A stretch of DNA of 64,000 nucleotides from a virus (IMGVR_UViG_3300036829_000172:62195-126194), one strand, 5' to 3'; positions 45,225 to 55,465 are shown, counted from the stretch's first letter. Made by a program: numbers and translations. The notes: generated from the letters alone by a model not told the origin.

Positions 45225-45509
45225 GTGATCCACACCATCACCGCTGTAGGTGCGTTCCTAGCGTTCGTCGCGTTCATCTCGACATGCGCCTACTTCATTG
45301 GGCGACGCCGCGGCATCGACTACGCCGACCGGATCTCCTACCAGGCCGGGTACACGGCGGGCCACGGTGACGGGTACCTCGCTGGCGTCGACCATCTGCG
45401 TCGGACGATGGCGGCGGCGGCGCGGGTGCACGGCGGCCAGGCCGCGCGAGCATTCGTGCAGGCCGTCGAAAGCGGTCAGCTGCGACACCTCGACGAAGGA
45501 CAGCAATGA
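45225..45509 (+). CDS. membrane-anchored hypothetical protein
   Basis: N-terminal TM; YQAGY.AG..DGY repeat; ATGA chain follows. Confidence 0.55.
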   Translation: MIHTITAVGAFLAFVAFISTCAYFIGRRRGIDYADRISYQAGYTAGHGDGYLAGVDHLRRTMAAAARVHGGQAARAFVQAVESGQLRHLDEGQQ

Positions 45510-45817
45510 TGGGCGAGCAGAAAATCATCCAGATCATCGGCCTAGTTACGGGCGGGCGCACCCCGTTCGACAGTCAGTTCGTCGTCGACTACGACGCCAG
45601 CCGACCGGACAGCTCTGGGTCGCCTAATTCGTGTCATCTGGTCACCACACCGAATCTCGATGAGGCAACCCGCTACTCAGAACAGCATGCGTTCGAACTG
45701 TGGCGTGCGATCGACCAACGCAACCCGGTCCGCGGCGACGGGAAACCCAACCGGCCGCTGAGGATGTTCAACATCCTGTTCCTGGCCGCGCCGGCAGTGG
45801 CGCGGGTGTCGAAATGA
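45506..45817 (+). CDS. hypothetical protein
   Basis: ATGA-coupled both sides. Confidence 0.6.
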   Translation: MMGEQKIIQIIGLVTGGRTPFDSQFVVDYDASRPDSSGSPNSCHLVTTPNLDEATRYSEQHAFELWRAIDQRNPVRGDGKPNRPLRMFNILFLAAPAVARVSK

Positions 45818-45929
45818 AGGATTGCACCTGCACGCACACCGCCAAGCATCACAAGCAGTCGGGCCGCTGCCGCAAAGGCTGCGACTGCCAGGCGGCATGG
45901 GTGAAGTGGCAGCGTAAGCTGCGGGCCCG

Positions 45930-46367
45930 ATGAGACTGTTCCACGGCGGGGTGCCCGACTTGAAAGTCGGCGACGTGATCGAACCCGGCCACGCCCGCCG
46001 CATGCACGACGGCTGCCCGTGGTGTGAAGCCCGCGCCGCCGGCGGGGCCCACTTGGGTATGGACGGGCCGCCCCAGCATCTGCTGCGGGTCTACGCCACC
46101 AGCCACCGGCTCTACGCCAAGCATTACGCGTCGCTGTGGGGACATGGCGACCTGTACCGGGTCCTCACCGACGGCGACGTGCAACCCTCCGACGAGGACA
46201 GCTTCGAAACCGTCGTCGCGGAACGCCTCATCGTGGCGGCGGTGCAGGACCGGGCGGTGCGCCTGACGATGAGTGAGCGGCGCCGACTGCAGCGGGAATG
46301 GAGGGCCGCCGATAAAGCCCGCGCGGACGCTGACAAAGCGAAGGCAGCCAAGTGGAAGGACACGTGA
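45930..46367 (+). CDS. Arr-like ADP-ribosyltransferase-fold protein
   Basis: LFHGG..DLKVGDVIEPG ... VYAT ... LYRV..DGDV, resembling the rifampin ADP-ribosyltransferase (Arr) pattern. Confidence 0.62.
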   Translation: MRLFHGGVPDLKVGDVIEPGHARRMHDGCPWCEARAAGGAHLGMDGPPQHLLRVYATSHRLYAKHYASLWGHGDLYRVLTDGDVQPSDEDSFETVVAERLIVAAVQDRAVRLTMSERRRLQREWRAADKARADADKAKAAKWKDT

Positions 46368-46690
46368 TGGCAGGTCACGGCTGGGTTCGGCCCAACCCCG
46401 ACGGCAGCAGAGACAGCTGCGGCGGACCCTCAGTGTGCTCGGCATGCACACAAGAACTCTCGGCACGGATCGTGCAGGAGCGCCCGGAGGTGCGTGTCGC
46501 ACAGGCCGGCGAAACGCACCTGTTCTTCGACGGCACGTCGAAGGTGTACTTTCTGGCCTACTGCCACGACTGCTGGCCGGATAAGTTCGCGCCGATGCCG
46601 TTCGGCACCGCGGGCGAACGCGACAAGTGGGCCGCGCAGCACGCCACCGTCGGCCACAACATCAGCTTTCTCCTCGAGGTGCGGTCGTAG
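46367..46690 (+). CDS. hypothetical Cys/His-rich phage protein
   Basis: HGWV.PNPDG....CGGP.VC..C and CHDC...H..GH. Confidence 0.6.
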   Translation: MAGHGWVRPNPDGSRDSCGGPSVCSACTQELSARIVQERPEVRVAQAGETHLFFDGTSKVYFLAYCHDCWPDKFAPMPFGTAGERDKWAAQHATVGHNISFLLEVRS

Positions 46691-47002
46691 CGCGGTCGTA
46701 GTGTCTCAGGGTTTGGCCGATACCGAGAACTGAGCGAATCGCGTTGCACTGCCAGGGTTCCAGCGACCAACCCAGGTCCGCCGACAGGTCGGCCAGCCGG
46801 GTGACGACCACGTCTACGGGGGTGGGCGGGTCGTCTGTCAGGTCGACAATGCGAGGTGCCGGCAGCCCAGCGGGCTGGCCCTCCCATCGAATGCGGCGGC
46901 GCCGGTATTCCTCATCGACGTCGGCCGCGCGAATGAGGTAGGACTGAGGGACGCTGCGGGAGCCCTGGACGTACCAGCGCCAATCCATCACTGCCCGCAC
47001 GG

Positions 47003-47308
47003 TTACTCCAGCCAGGCGACTGTGGTCGATCCCTGGTGGCCGTGGATGGTGAGGACGTCGTCGATGTCGTGGTAGAGGACCGTGCTGGTGGTTTCGGTGA
47101 GCCAACGCATCGCCACGGTGCCGTCGGTGAACCGGACCCCTTCGGCGACGACGCCGGTGCCTGACAGACCGGTGATGTCTTCGGCGCGGTCGAGCACGAA
47201 GCGGCGGATGTTCGTCGGCGAGCTGTCCAGCGTCGTTTTGGGCTCCGGCGGCGTGCCGCCTTCAACCCAGTTGCCGCGCTCGTCAAGGGTGCGTGTGCGG
47301 TCACTCAA
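47003..47308 (-). CDS. conserved actinophage hypothetical protein
   Basis: RFVLDR.EDITGLSGTGVVAEGV.F.DG.VAMRW...IHGHQG.T; TTG start coupled to upstream stop. Confidence 0.7.
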   Translation of the reverse strand: MSDRTRTLDERGNWVEGGTPPEPKTTLDSSPTNIRRFVLDRAEDITGLSGTGVVAEGVRFTDGTVAMRWLTETTSTVLYHDIDDVLTIHGHQGSTTVAWLE

Positions 47309-47547
47309 TGTGTTTCTCCTTCTCGTGGCGGCGGGAACAGGAACGCCCAGCCCGCATAGTAGATGCACACAGCCAGGCCGGCTGCGGTGTAGAAGCTGAG
47401 GGTGGCCGCCAGCGTGTTGGACATATGGTCGTGCGGCAGGGCGTTGACGGCGAGCAGGAACGCCTGTGCGCTGGCGCCGAAAAGCAACCCGGCCAAAGAC
47501 ACCCAGAATCCCCACCAGAGGCGGTGGGCAACGCGGATCTCACGCAC
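47305..47547 (-). CDS. small membrane protein
   Basis: Two hydrophobic segments; AAGGA RBS. Confidence 0.6.
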   Translation of the reverse strand: MREIRVAHRLWWGFWVSLAGLLFGASAQAFLLAVNALPHDHMSNTLAATLSFYTAAGLAVCIYYAGWAFLFPPPREGETH

Positions 47548-47872
47548 TAAGGACCTCCTGTGGGGGGGTGTTCAAAGTTTGAACGCCTGGGTGCGCCACG
47601 CAGATGGCAGCACTATATCGGGCGGCGGGGTCATCGAGGCGCCAGCCGCGCGACGCGGGTGGCGATTTGCAGGAGCAGCATACGGTCGGCGTCCGACACG
47701 CTGACCGGGTCTACCACGATCGCCAGCCCGACACGGCCCGCCTTGAACTCGACCGTCAGATCCCAGGAAATCACGGCTTCATCATTGGCCAGCATGTCAA
47801 CAAGCTCACCGACGCGCGACAGCGCGGTGACCGCGGTTTTCGCGACAGGCGCCAGGTCGGGCTTTGTCGCAG

Positions 47873-48361
47873 TCACGGCAGCTTCGGTGTGACGACCACG
47901 TAGGGCATCGAACCGGGCAAGGCGTCCCACATTTCACGCGGAAAGCACCACTGCGCCTGATCGGTGGCGATGCCCAGCAGAAACAGCTTCTCCATGGTCA
48001 GGTGATCCCCGGTCCACAGGTTGCTGTCGCGGTCCATACACGCGTTCACGAACGACCAACCGCCGCCGCCGCCCTGATCGTGCCGTTTGAACGCGGACGG
48101 CAACTGGTCGAGCATCCCGGCGATATGGCCGTGATAGTCGGCCAGCTGCGCTCGGTCGAACGCGGCAGTATGCATGATGCCCTGCACGGTCACAGCGTTG
48201 TGCGCGTCGGGGTTCTCCGCGAGGCATGCGGTAAAGATGTTCTCGACGTTGGCGGGGCTCAGCGGCGAATCGCGGAACTGTTGGTCTTTGGCCTCTACTG
48301 CCTCTACTGCCTCTACCGGCACGCCGTAACTCCACATGCCTTCGGGGCCCGGTTCAGTCAT
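47873..48361 (-). CDS. conserved phage hypothetical protein
   Basis: GGGGWSFVNAC.DR...WTG.H..ME.LF.LG...LPGSMPY; AAGAAGGA RBS. Confidence 0.7.
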   Translation of the reverse strand: MTEPGPEGMWSYGVPVEAVEAVEAKDQQFRDSPLSPANVENIFTACLAENPDAHNAVTVQGIMHTAAFDRAQLADYHGHIAGMLDQLPSAFKRHDQGGGGGWSFVNACMDRDSNLWTGDHLTMEKLFLLGIATDQAQWCFPREMWDALPGSMPYVVVTPKLP

Positions 48362-48463
48362 GGTGGTCCTTCTTAAATTGGTGTCGCAGCACAAGAATGA
48401 TGACGAGTATTGCGGCGGGCCAGGCCCCCACGGCGACGATCTTCGCTACGAACTCCATCCACG

Positions 48464-48775
48464 TCATGCGATGACCTCGCGGAGCTCGACGACGTGACCT
48501 CGAGCGTGCTCGGTATGCTCGGTCGCTTCCTTGATCGCCGCGGCGCGCTCAGTGTGCACGCTGAACCGGGTGGCGCACCACGTGCAGCAGGGCTGGTACT
48601 GGACAGCGCCGACCGGCGCCGCGGTCAGGCCGGCGGCGGCAAGGATGGCTTCGACGGCGAGCACGCCCGCTGTGAAGTCGTAAGGTTCGGCGCTGGTGGT
48701 GCCGCGGGCCAGGCACGCCAGCAGGTAGCCGGCCTTCTCGACCGGGCTGCGGCGCTGCAAAATGATGTCGGTCAT
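48464..48775 (-). CDS. hypothetical protein
   Basis: AAGGAG RBS; CTWC...H..H. Confidence 0.6.
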   Translation of the reverse strand: MTDIILQRRSPVEKAGYLLACLARGTTSAEPYDFTAGVLAVEAILAAAGLTAAPVGAVQYQPCCTWCATRFSVHTERAAAIKEATEHTEHARGHVVELREVIA

Positions 48776-49496
48776 GGCCTAGCTCCTTCTGGTGCATTTG
48801 GCGTGCACCGGATCTGGGTTCCACGCCGCAGCTTGGACGCGAAGCTCGTCCAGGATCTCCTGCCGGGTTTTGAGCTGCCCGCGCCCGTTCTTGTTGAACG
48901 GGTTGATCGTCTGGCGGAACGTGTGCCGCAGCGACGCCCGGATACCGCAGACCCGGCAACGGAAGGTTCGGTGCGTCGATACCGCCACCACGTCGTAGGT
49001 TTCAGTGACCCTCATGACGGTGCGCCCGTATAGTCGTGACAATTTCCGCAATAGCCGAACTTGATGTCGTTGGCGTTGTAGCTGGTCATCCCGCATACCG
49101 GGCAAGTAAAGTGCGGCTGCGACGGCCGTTCGGTGCCTGTCATCGCGGTGCGCTCCGTATCCACAGCGCCTCCTCGTCGGTGATGACGCCGCGCCCTGCG
49201 AGGAGGGCCAGGAGGCGTTCGAGCTGGTTTGCGGCGAGTCTGGCCGACTGGCGGGCGGCGTCGGCGGCGGCTTGCGCGTGGACGTGTGGTGGTTCATTTC
49301 CTCCGTTGGGCATGTTCGCTCCTGTCTAGTTGGGCGAGGACATCGCCGCGGCGGCGGCGGTGATGACCGCCGAGGTGAAAGCCGCCGCAGTCCGGGCATG
49401 GATAGGGTTCGACCTTGTCGCGGTACGGCAGCTGCGCCTGGACGCGCCGCGCGGCGGCGCGGTCGAGGTGCCGTATTTTGCCGGTTGCAGCGCACC

Positions 49497-50027
49497 TCAT
49501 GTCGACTCCGGATGTGCAAGCTCCCTGTAGCAGTCGCGGCAGGCGCCCGCCAGATAGCAGAACCCGCCGGCTACCACCGACACAGCAACGATGGGGTCCT
49601 CCGGCATCCCCGCACACACATGCCCGCAGCCGTCGCAGGTCTTGTCGGTCACAGGGCCGATTTTGAGCAGCTCAGTGCACAGCTCGCAGACCACCAAACC
49701 GGGTCTCCACGCCGCCGCCCAGACCGGCTGCGGGAAGTTGACATCCGGGCGGTGCCCGCAGGTCCGGCCCTTGTCGTTGGCCCAGGCCAGGAACGCATCG
49801 AGCATTCCCAGCCGCAACCAGCCGCTCATATCGTCGAGGTCGCCGAGATACCCCGGATTACCTAACGCCTGTTGTGCGCGGCGTTGCATGTCGCGGGTCG
49901 CCGACGAAAGCTGGTCCGTGAACGCCTGCCCGACCTTGGCGTGGTCAGCCGCCCACTGTTGAGGTGTGCGGTTGGCCAGCGCTTCCTCGAACTCGACGGC
50001 GTTGGTGATGCGTCTACGTTCGGTCAT
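49497..50027 (-). CDS. hypothetical Zn-binding protein
   Basis: CELC, CDGCG, CRDC. Confidence 0.6.
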   Translation of the reverse strand: MTERRRITNAVEFEEALANRTPQQWAADHAKVGQAFTDQLSSATRDMQRRAQQALGNPGYLGDLDDMSGWLRLGMLDAFLAWANDKGRTCGHRPDVNFPQPVWAAAWRPGLVVCELCTELLKIGPVTDKTCDGCGHVCAGMPEDPIVAVSVVAGGFCYLAGACRDCYRELAHPEST

Positions 50028-50327
50028 GCGCCTTCCCTGTGTTCATGGGCCAGTCCACCTCCGGTGGAGTCCAGTCATTGAGGCGCAGCCGTTGGAAGAA
50101 GTTGGGGATCGTCGGGAACGGCGGATCGTAGTATCCGTCGAGCACAGCCTGGGCCATTGCCCCCTGAAGTTTGATGACCATCTCAACAGACAGATGGGGG
50201 TGTTCTGCGGGGTCGTACGGCCACCACGACGGTGTGCGCGACACGTCGGCGCATCGCCGGTGGTACTCCTGGAGCCCATGGTTGAGCTGCCACTGCTCGG
50301 CGATGCGTAGGCACCGTCTGCGACTGA

Positions 50328-50807
50328 TCACCGATCGAGTGCTTTCAGCGCGGGCAGCAGCGCCGGCATGGTGTTGGTGGCGTAGGCATGGTCGATGTCG
50401 TCGCGCACCGCGTCGGCGACGGTCTGCCCGCTCGGCAAAACCAGGTGACCTAAAAATTCGGTGTCGAACGTGGAGATACCAGCCTGGACGGCCTCAAGTT
50501 TCGCCTTGATCACCAAGTTCAGGGCGCGCCACCGTTGCCGCACCGCCTGCTCATAGGCGGCGTCGCGCTGCAGCGCCGTACGCTGCTTGCCGCGTTCAGG
50601 GGTGTGGGTGAACTCGCGGCTGTTGCGGTCGGGCATTCCCACCGCGATCTTGACTTGCCGGTCGTGCATCATGAACCAGACCATGGCGCGATCGTCACCT
50701 TCGCCCCACAGCACCTGGTCGGCGCCGTAGCGGCGCAGCGTGGCGCGGATCTCGGCCATCGACCGGTCGGTGGACACGTCGGTGCCGGCCGCGTAGGTGC
50801 CCGCCAC
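50328..50807 (-). CDS. conserved phage hypothetical protein
   Basis: YA.GT.VS..RS..EI...L.RYGA...RQRWRAL.LVIKAKLEAV..GIS.F..EFL.H.VLP.G.TV. Confidence 0.72.
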   Translation of the reverse strand: MAGTYAAGTDVSTDRSMAEIRATLRRYGADQVLWGEGDDRAMVWFMMHDRQVKIAVGMPDRNSREFTHTPERGKQRTALQRDAAYEQAVRQRWRALNLVIKAKLEAVQAGISTFDTEFLGHLVLPSGQTVADAVRDDIDHAYATNTMPALLPALKALDR

Positions 50808-51254
50808 TTAGGTGCCCCGGGTGATGTTGATGTCGCATTTGTGCAGCGAGATCTTGTGGATCACCCGGTTCTCGAGGGCAGCGTCCCACTCCTGGTTCTC
50901 TGCGCGCAACGAGTAGCTGAGGGTGCCGCCACGGATCCGGCTAGCCGCGGCGGCATGCACCTGAGCTTCGATTTTGAAGCCCACATCGTCGACCACCAGC
51001 TTCAGGGTGCCCGTGCGGGTGCGGGCCAGCGGCGCACCCGCGTTGTTCAGCATCAGCGCCACGTCGGGGTCGCGGCCGACGGCGTCGAGGAAAACGTCGC
51101 GGCCGATGTACTCGGTCCACCCGCCGTGCTCCGGCCCGCCGTACATTTCCCGCGAATCGAAGTCGGTGACGTACCCGGACACGGTGACCGTCCCCGGCGT
51201 CGGGCTGGGGCCGATATGCACAAGCTGACTGATCACAGGCGGCTCATTTCGCAT
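50808..51254 (-). CDS. second, degenerate HK97-type prohead protease-like protein
   Basis: Aligns with 20417..22066: SGY...MYGG...GGW.E.I...F...PDV.LMLNN.G.PLART; catalytic His replaced by Asn; LSYSL for MSFAF. Confidence 0.7.
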   Translation of the reverse strand: MRNEPPVISQLVHIGPSPTPGTVTVSGYVTDFDSREMYGGPEHGGWTEYIGRDVFLDAVGRDPDVALMLNNAGAPLARTRTGTLKLVVDDVGFKIEAQVHAAAASRIRGGTLSYSLRAENQEWDAALENRVIHKISLHKCDINITRGT

Positions 51255-52375
51255 GCCAATCACGCTGAATCCTGTCCATCGCGGCCGGCGACATGCGGAC
51301 GTCCGTGGACAGCCGGGCGCGCCGGTTTTCGTCGTAGCGGCGCTGCAACTCCCGCATCGCCGCCCGCCACTCTTCGGTGTGCATGACTCCCCGGTTGATC
51401 TCACTGTTGTAGGTGGCCAGCGTGTTCATCTCAGCCTCGGTGAGACCGTACAGTTCGTCTATGGACTCGCGCCGGCGAGGGCGCAGCAGGCTCATACCAA
51501 CTCCTGGGTAGCTTCCCGAACCACGTGACACAGCCGGTCAGCGGCCCAATGCTCCCGTGAGAAGCCGGCCACACCGCTGCGCTGCGACTCGACATCGACA
51601 CCGGCCTGGGCCAACTCGTCGAGCAGCTGCTGCGGATCCTGCCCGCAACCCACACAGCGCAGGTTGTCGGCGACCGCCACATGTCCGTCGCGGGCGATGC
51701 ACGGCGTCATGTCGGATTGGGCGCGGGGACAGCCCACCGTGCCGGGGCTGTCGTCGTAGCGGCCGTAGCCACACACACCCTTCACTCCAAACCTCCCCTG
51801 ATCTGCTCCATCACCGACCGGCCGAAGTCCAACGCCTTGCACCGCATACCGTTCGCGGCGGCGTAACGCAGCCCTTCCAGCTCCCGCCCGAACAGCACCA
51901 GGTCAGTGCCGTCAGGTGCGTAGGCGCCCCACACCTGACGCACACGGCTCCTCACCCCAGCGGCGTTGTGAAGATCGGATTGGCCGGCAACATCATCACC
52001 GGCATCCGGCACAGCGGGCAGATCCCGTCCTGCAGCACCCTTGTCGGCCTTGCCTGACCGCACTCCCTGCAGTTCTCCCATGGTCCGGCTCCTATCCGCC
52101 AGTTTTGAGCGTTTGGGGACGTATTTCCCCGTTGTGTGGCGTTTTCGCCCATTTTCTGGGCCACATCTGATCTAACCGTGGGGGGGTGCGTCTCGTGGGC
52201 CACGGGAACATGGTAGTCCAGCACGCTGAAAGATTGAACGGTCAGGCGGCGACGCTGTCCGGTGTTTTCGGCGGCGGCGGCAACAAATCCACGAGCGCCA
52301 CCAAAAGCGCCCGTAATACCGCCAGATCGTCGGCGAGCCGACGCAGCTCCAACTCAACCTCGTCGAGGCCGTCCA

Positions 52376-52549
52376 TCACCACTCCTGCTCGTCGCCGTCG
52401 CCGAGCAGCCGCGTCAACGCACGCGACACCCCGCCCCGCGACATCCCCACCCGCGCCGCGATCGCCGAGAGCGGCGCGCCGCCAGCCCGCATCTGGACAA
52501 TGATGCGGTCCCGCTCATGCGCGCCGAGCTCGTAGCGCCGCTCAGGCAT
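52376..52549 (-). CDS. small HTH protein (57 aa), paralogue of 63596..63769
   Basis: Hand-translated; RDRIIVQMRAGGAPLSAIAARVGMSRGGVSRAL. Confidence 0.65.
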   Translation of the reverse strand: MPERRYELGAHERDRIIVQMRAGGAPLSAIAARVGMSRGGVSRALTRLLGDGDEQEW

Positions 52550-52882
52550 AATGGCCGTGCAGATGCGGCGAATGCGTCACCGACGGCTCAATCTCGACGT
52601 CGAATTCATCGTTGTCGGCCGACACCGTCACCTCCGAAACCGATCCGTCATTGTGCAGGACCTTGACCTGCTCGGGCGGCTCGCCCGGGTGGATAGTCCG
52701 CAGCGTCTGCGGTCCGTCGTCTCCGGAATGTCGTACGGAAAACCAGCTCAGCACATGGACCGCCTCCTCGTAAGCGGGGTGTTTTGTGGAATTGATTCCA
52801 CATCCCAGTGTTGTGCGGCAACATAAACCCGCGGCGAGGCGCGCCGAGGAAACCGGCGAAAACTGGGGCAGACTGTCTGGCC

Positions 52883-53581
52883 ATGGGCTATATCGAGGAG
52901 CAGGCGTCCGGCTGGATCGATATCGGCCGGTTCCACCACGAATACGACCGCAACCCGGTCGGGCAGCGGCCCGAAACCGCCGACGGGCCGGGCGCCACCG
53001 TAGCCCTCACAGAGGACCTGCGCCGCTGGCTTTCCTCGCTGCTGCGCCGCAGCGAGGTCTACACGATGCTCGACGCCGCCTGCGGCGACTGGTCGTGGAT
53101 GCGGCTGGTCGATTTAGGGAACACCGAATACACCGGCTGGGACGTCGACCCGGGCCGCATCGACACCTGCCGCCGCCGCGTCGCGACCGGCGACTTCGTA
53201 GCCCTGGACCGGCCCAACACGGTGTTCGAGACGGTGAACCTGCTCACCGTCGACCAAATCGGCTACTACGACCTGGTGTTGTGCCGCGACTTTTTGATGC
53301 ACGTCCCCAACGAGCACGTGTCCGCGATCCTGCGTAAGATCCGCGCCGGCGGGAGTCTGCTGCTGCTGGCCACCTCATTTCCGGGCGCCGACAACACGGC
53401 GCGGGCGTGGCATCCGGAAACCGCGACGTGGGCCGGCTACATGGAGCAGCCGCTCGACCTGTGTGCGCCGCCGTTTTCGTTGGGCATCCCGCTGGAATCG
53501 TTCGCCGAGCAGCCGGGCCCGTGGGGCGTGCTGGCGGTCCCGCGTGAGCTGGGATTATGGCGGATCAACGAAGTGGATTAA
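52883..53581 (+). CDS. class I SAM-dependent methyltransferase (paralogue of 42988..44157)
   Basis: MLDAACGDWSWMRLVDL, YTGWDVD, DLVLCRDFLMH, GYMEQPLDL..PPF. Confidence 0.85.
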   Translation: MGYIEEQASGWIDIGRFHHEYDRNPVGQRPETADGPGATVALTEDLRRWLSSLLRRSEVYTMLDAACGDWSWMRLVDLGNTEYTGWDVDPGRIDTCRRRVATGDFVALDRPNTVFETVNLLTVDQIGYYDLVLCRDFLMHVPNEHVSAILRKIRAGGSLLLLATSFPGADNTARAWHPETATWAGYMEQPLDLCAPPFSLGIPLESFAEQPGPWGVLAVPRELGLWRINEVD

Positions 53582-53901
53582 CGCCATCCTGGAACACGGG
53601 ACGTTGGGTGATTGGCCTCGTGTCCCAATCCGAATCTGATAGCGCCGTGATCGAGCTGCGCCGCGAACCCGACGGCGTCTACGTCGACCGGGCCGACCCG
53701 GTCATGTGGTTCGCCAAACACACGCTCGACATGATCAAGGCTGAACCGTTCGACAACGGGTGGACCTTCGACGGCACGCACGTCACGCTCAACGCAGCTA
53801 ACGGGCGGTGGGTGTGGAAGCTGACCGGGCGCAGTAAACGCCACGACTACGGGCCGGGCCTGGCGCCGCTGCTCCTGGTGGAGGCGGTGTGGCCGGATTA
53901 G
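53557..53901 (+). CDS. hypothetical protein
   Basis: ORF track; start uncertain. Confidence 0.5.
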   Translation: MADQRSGLTPSWNTGRWVIGLVSQSESDSAVIELRREPDGVYVDRADPVMWFAKHTLDMIKAEPFDNGWTFDGTHVTLNAANGRWVWKLTGRSKRHDYGPGLAPLLLVEAVWPD

Positions 53902-54053
53902 TACCAGTGCGATCTGCCGCCGACAGCATGGCCGGTGCCGCCCAGTATCCACAGCACTGCGCCGATCACCACCAGCGCGACACCGATGTAGAGCAGAATG
54001 CTGATACCGAATACCCATCCCAGGATCGCCAGGATGGCACCTAGAACAATCAT
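53898..54053 (-). CDS. small membrane protein (DUF6131-like)
   Basis: MIVLGAILAILG..FGISIL..IG..LVVIGAVLWILG..G.AVGGR.HW; AAGG RBS. Confidence 0.75.
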   Translation of the reverse strand: MIVLGAILAILGWVFGISILLYIGVALVVIGAVLWILGGTGHAVGGRSHWY

Positions 54054-54123
54054 GTTGTGCCCCTTACTTGTTCGGGTGAACACTAAACCTGCGGGCGGCG
54101 GTTGACCCGGCGGCGCGCCGCCC

Positions 54124-54465
54124 CTACCGGATCGAGGGCTCGGAGGCGTGCGGATCCTTGACGATCTGCCCCTTGTACCAACCGAATTCGCGTAGCTCGT
54201 GCAGTTCCACCCGGGCCAGCCGCCACATCAGCCAGTCGATCACCTGCGCCTCGTTCAGCAGCGGCGGCACCGGCACATGCACGTTCTGGACCTGCATGTC
54301 CTGCGGGTGATACGAGTTGGGCACCTCCAGGCGCACATCCAGGCAGAACCCTTCATACGGGAAGTCGTCGAACGGCTGCATGTGACAGCGCAGGGTCCAG
54401 CCGGGCTTGTAGCGGAAGGCGGCGACGATAGCGGCGATCTCGTCGGGGCAGAGATAGCGGTTCAC
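54124..54465 (-). CDS. hypothetical protein, YKPGW family (paralogue of 39550..39900)
   Basis: YKPGW...VELHELRE...DPHA; AAAGGA RBS. Confidence 0.7.
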   Translation of the reverse strand: MNRYLCPDEIAAIVAAFRYKPGWTLRCHMQPFDDFPYEGFCLDVRLEVPNSYHPQDMQVQNVHVPVPPLLNEAQVIDWLMWRLARVELHELREFGWYKGQIVKDPHASEPSIR

Positions 54466-54684
54466 GTCATCCTTTCTCGGCCCTGCTGCCGCCGAGCTGC
54501 TCGGCGATCCGCACCGCCTCACCGATGGTCAACGGTTCAGCCACCGGAGCCGGCCGGCAAATCTTGTACGGTATCGCGGGACCGCCGCCCGCACCCGCGA
54601 CGTGCCCGATGTGCAGCCACTCGGGCCCCAGTCCGTAGTCGAACTGGCGGATTTCGACGTGACAGTGTTTGCACTGCGCACCCA

Positions 54685-55161
54685 CTATTCCTCCGGATCA
54701 CGGACCCGTTTGCGGTGTTCGGCCAGGTCGTCGGGGGTTTCCACCGTCTGCCGCGCATACTGGCGCAGCAGCGTGTCACGTTCGGTGGGCGGCAGGTCAG
54801 CCAGATGCCGCAAAAAGTGCGGGAACAGGTTGCCGACGGCCTGGGCGATCGCGGCCGGCAGCGTCGCGCCGAGGTGTTCGACCTGGGCGGCGACCTGTTG
54901 AGGCAGGGCTTCCAAACCTTGTATGCCCGCCGCCTCGATCTGACCGATCTGGGCCGGCAGTGCCTCGAGTTCGGCGGTCAACACCTGCGGGATACCCATC
55001 ACTTTGTCGGTGATCAGCGCGAAGTCGCCGACCACGGTGTCGCGGAACTTCTGCGCGGCCCTCGTCAGAATCTCGTCCTCATGCGACAGCAGCGCATCCA
55101 TCGCGGCTGTCACACCGACCTGGATACGGCCGTCAACCCAGCTCGTCACAGGATCAGCCAT
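54685..55161 (-). CDS. hypothetical amphipathic-helix protein
   Basis: LEALP.Q repeats. Confidence 0.6.
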   Translation of the reverse strand: MADPVTSWVDGRIQVGVTAAMDALLSHEDEILTRAAQKFRDTVVGDFALITDKVMGIPQVLTAELEALPAQIGQIEAAGIQGLEALPQQVAAQVEHLGATLPAAIAQAVGNLFPHFLRHLADLPPTERDTLLRQYARQTVETPDDLAEHRKRVRDPEE

Positions 55162-55167
55162 GGTGTG

Positions 55168-55401
55168 TCACCACACCATCGTGGTCGGGGTGGTGTACAT
55201 GATCGGCTCGCGGCAACAGTCATCGTCGGCGGCGGCGGCCCGGTCAGCGTCGGGCACGTTGGCATACAAGGCTTTCTGCTGCTTACGTGCGGACTCCTGG
55301 TCAGGGTGGCATCCCTTGAGGTCACCGGTATCGGAGTTGACGACCGACCACTTTTTGCCGGCGGGGCAGCGGGAGTCGTTCTGCTTGATGCTGTACGGCA
55401 T
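55168..55401 (-). CDS. stand-alone MPY...CP...GCH...A..Q..ALYA domain protein
   Basis: Motif recalled as an N-terminal module of some actinophage head-maturation proteins; here a separate 77-aa ORF. Confidence 0.55.
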   Translation of the reverse strand: MPYSIKQNDSRCPAGKKWSVVNSDTGDLKGCHPDQESARKQQKALYANVPDADRAAAADDDCCREPIMYTTPTTMVW

Positions 55402-55465
55402 AGGATGATCATCCCGCCGAACATGCAGGCCACGGATGTGACACGCCGCGTGGGAGCGTTTAGAG

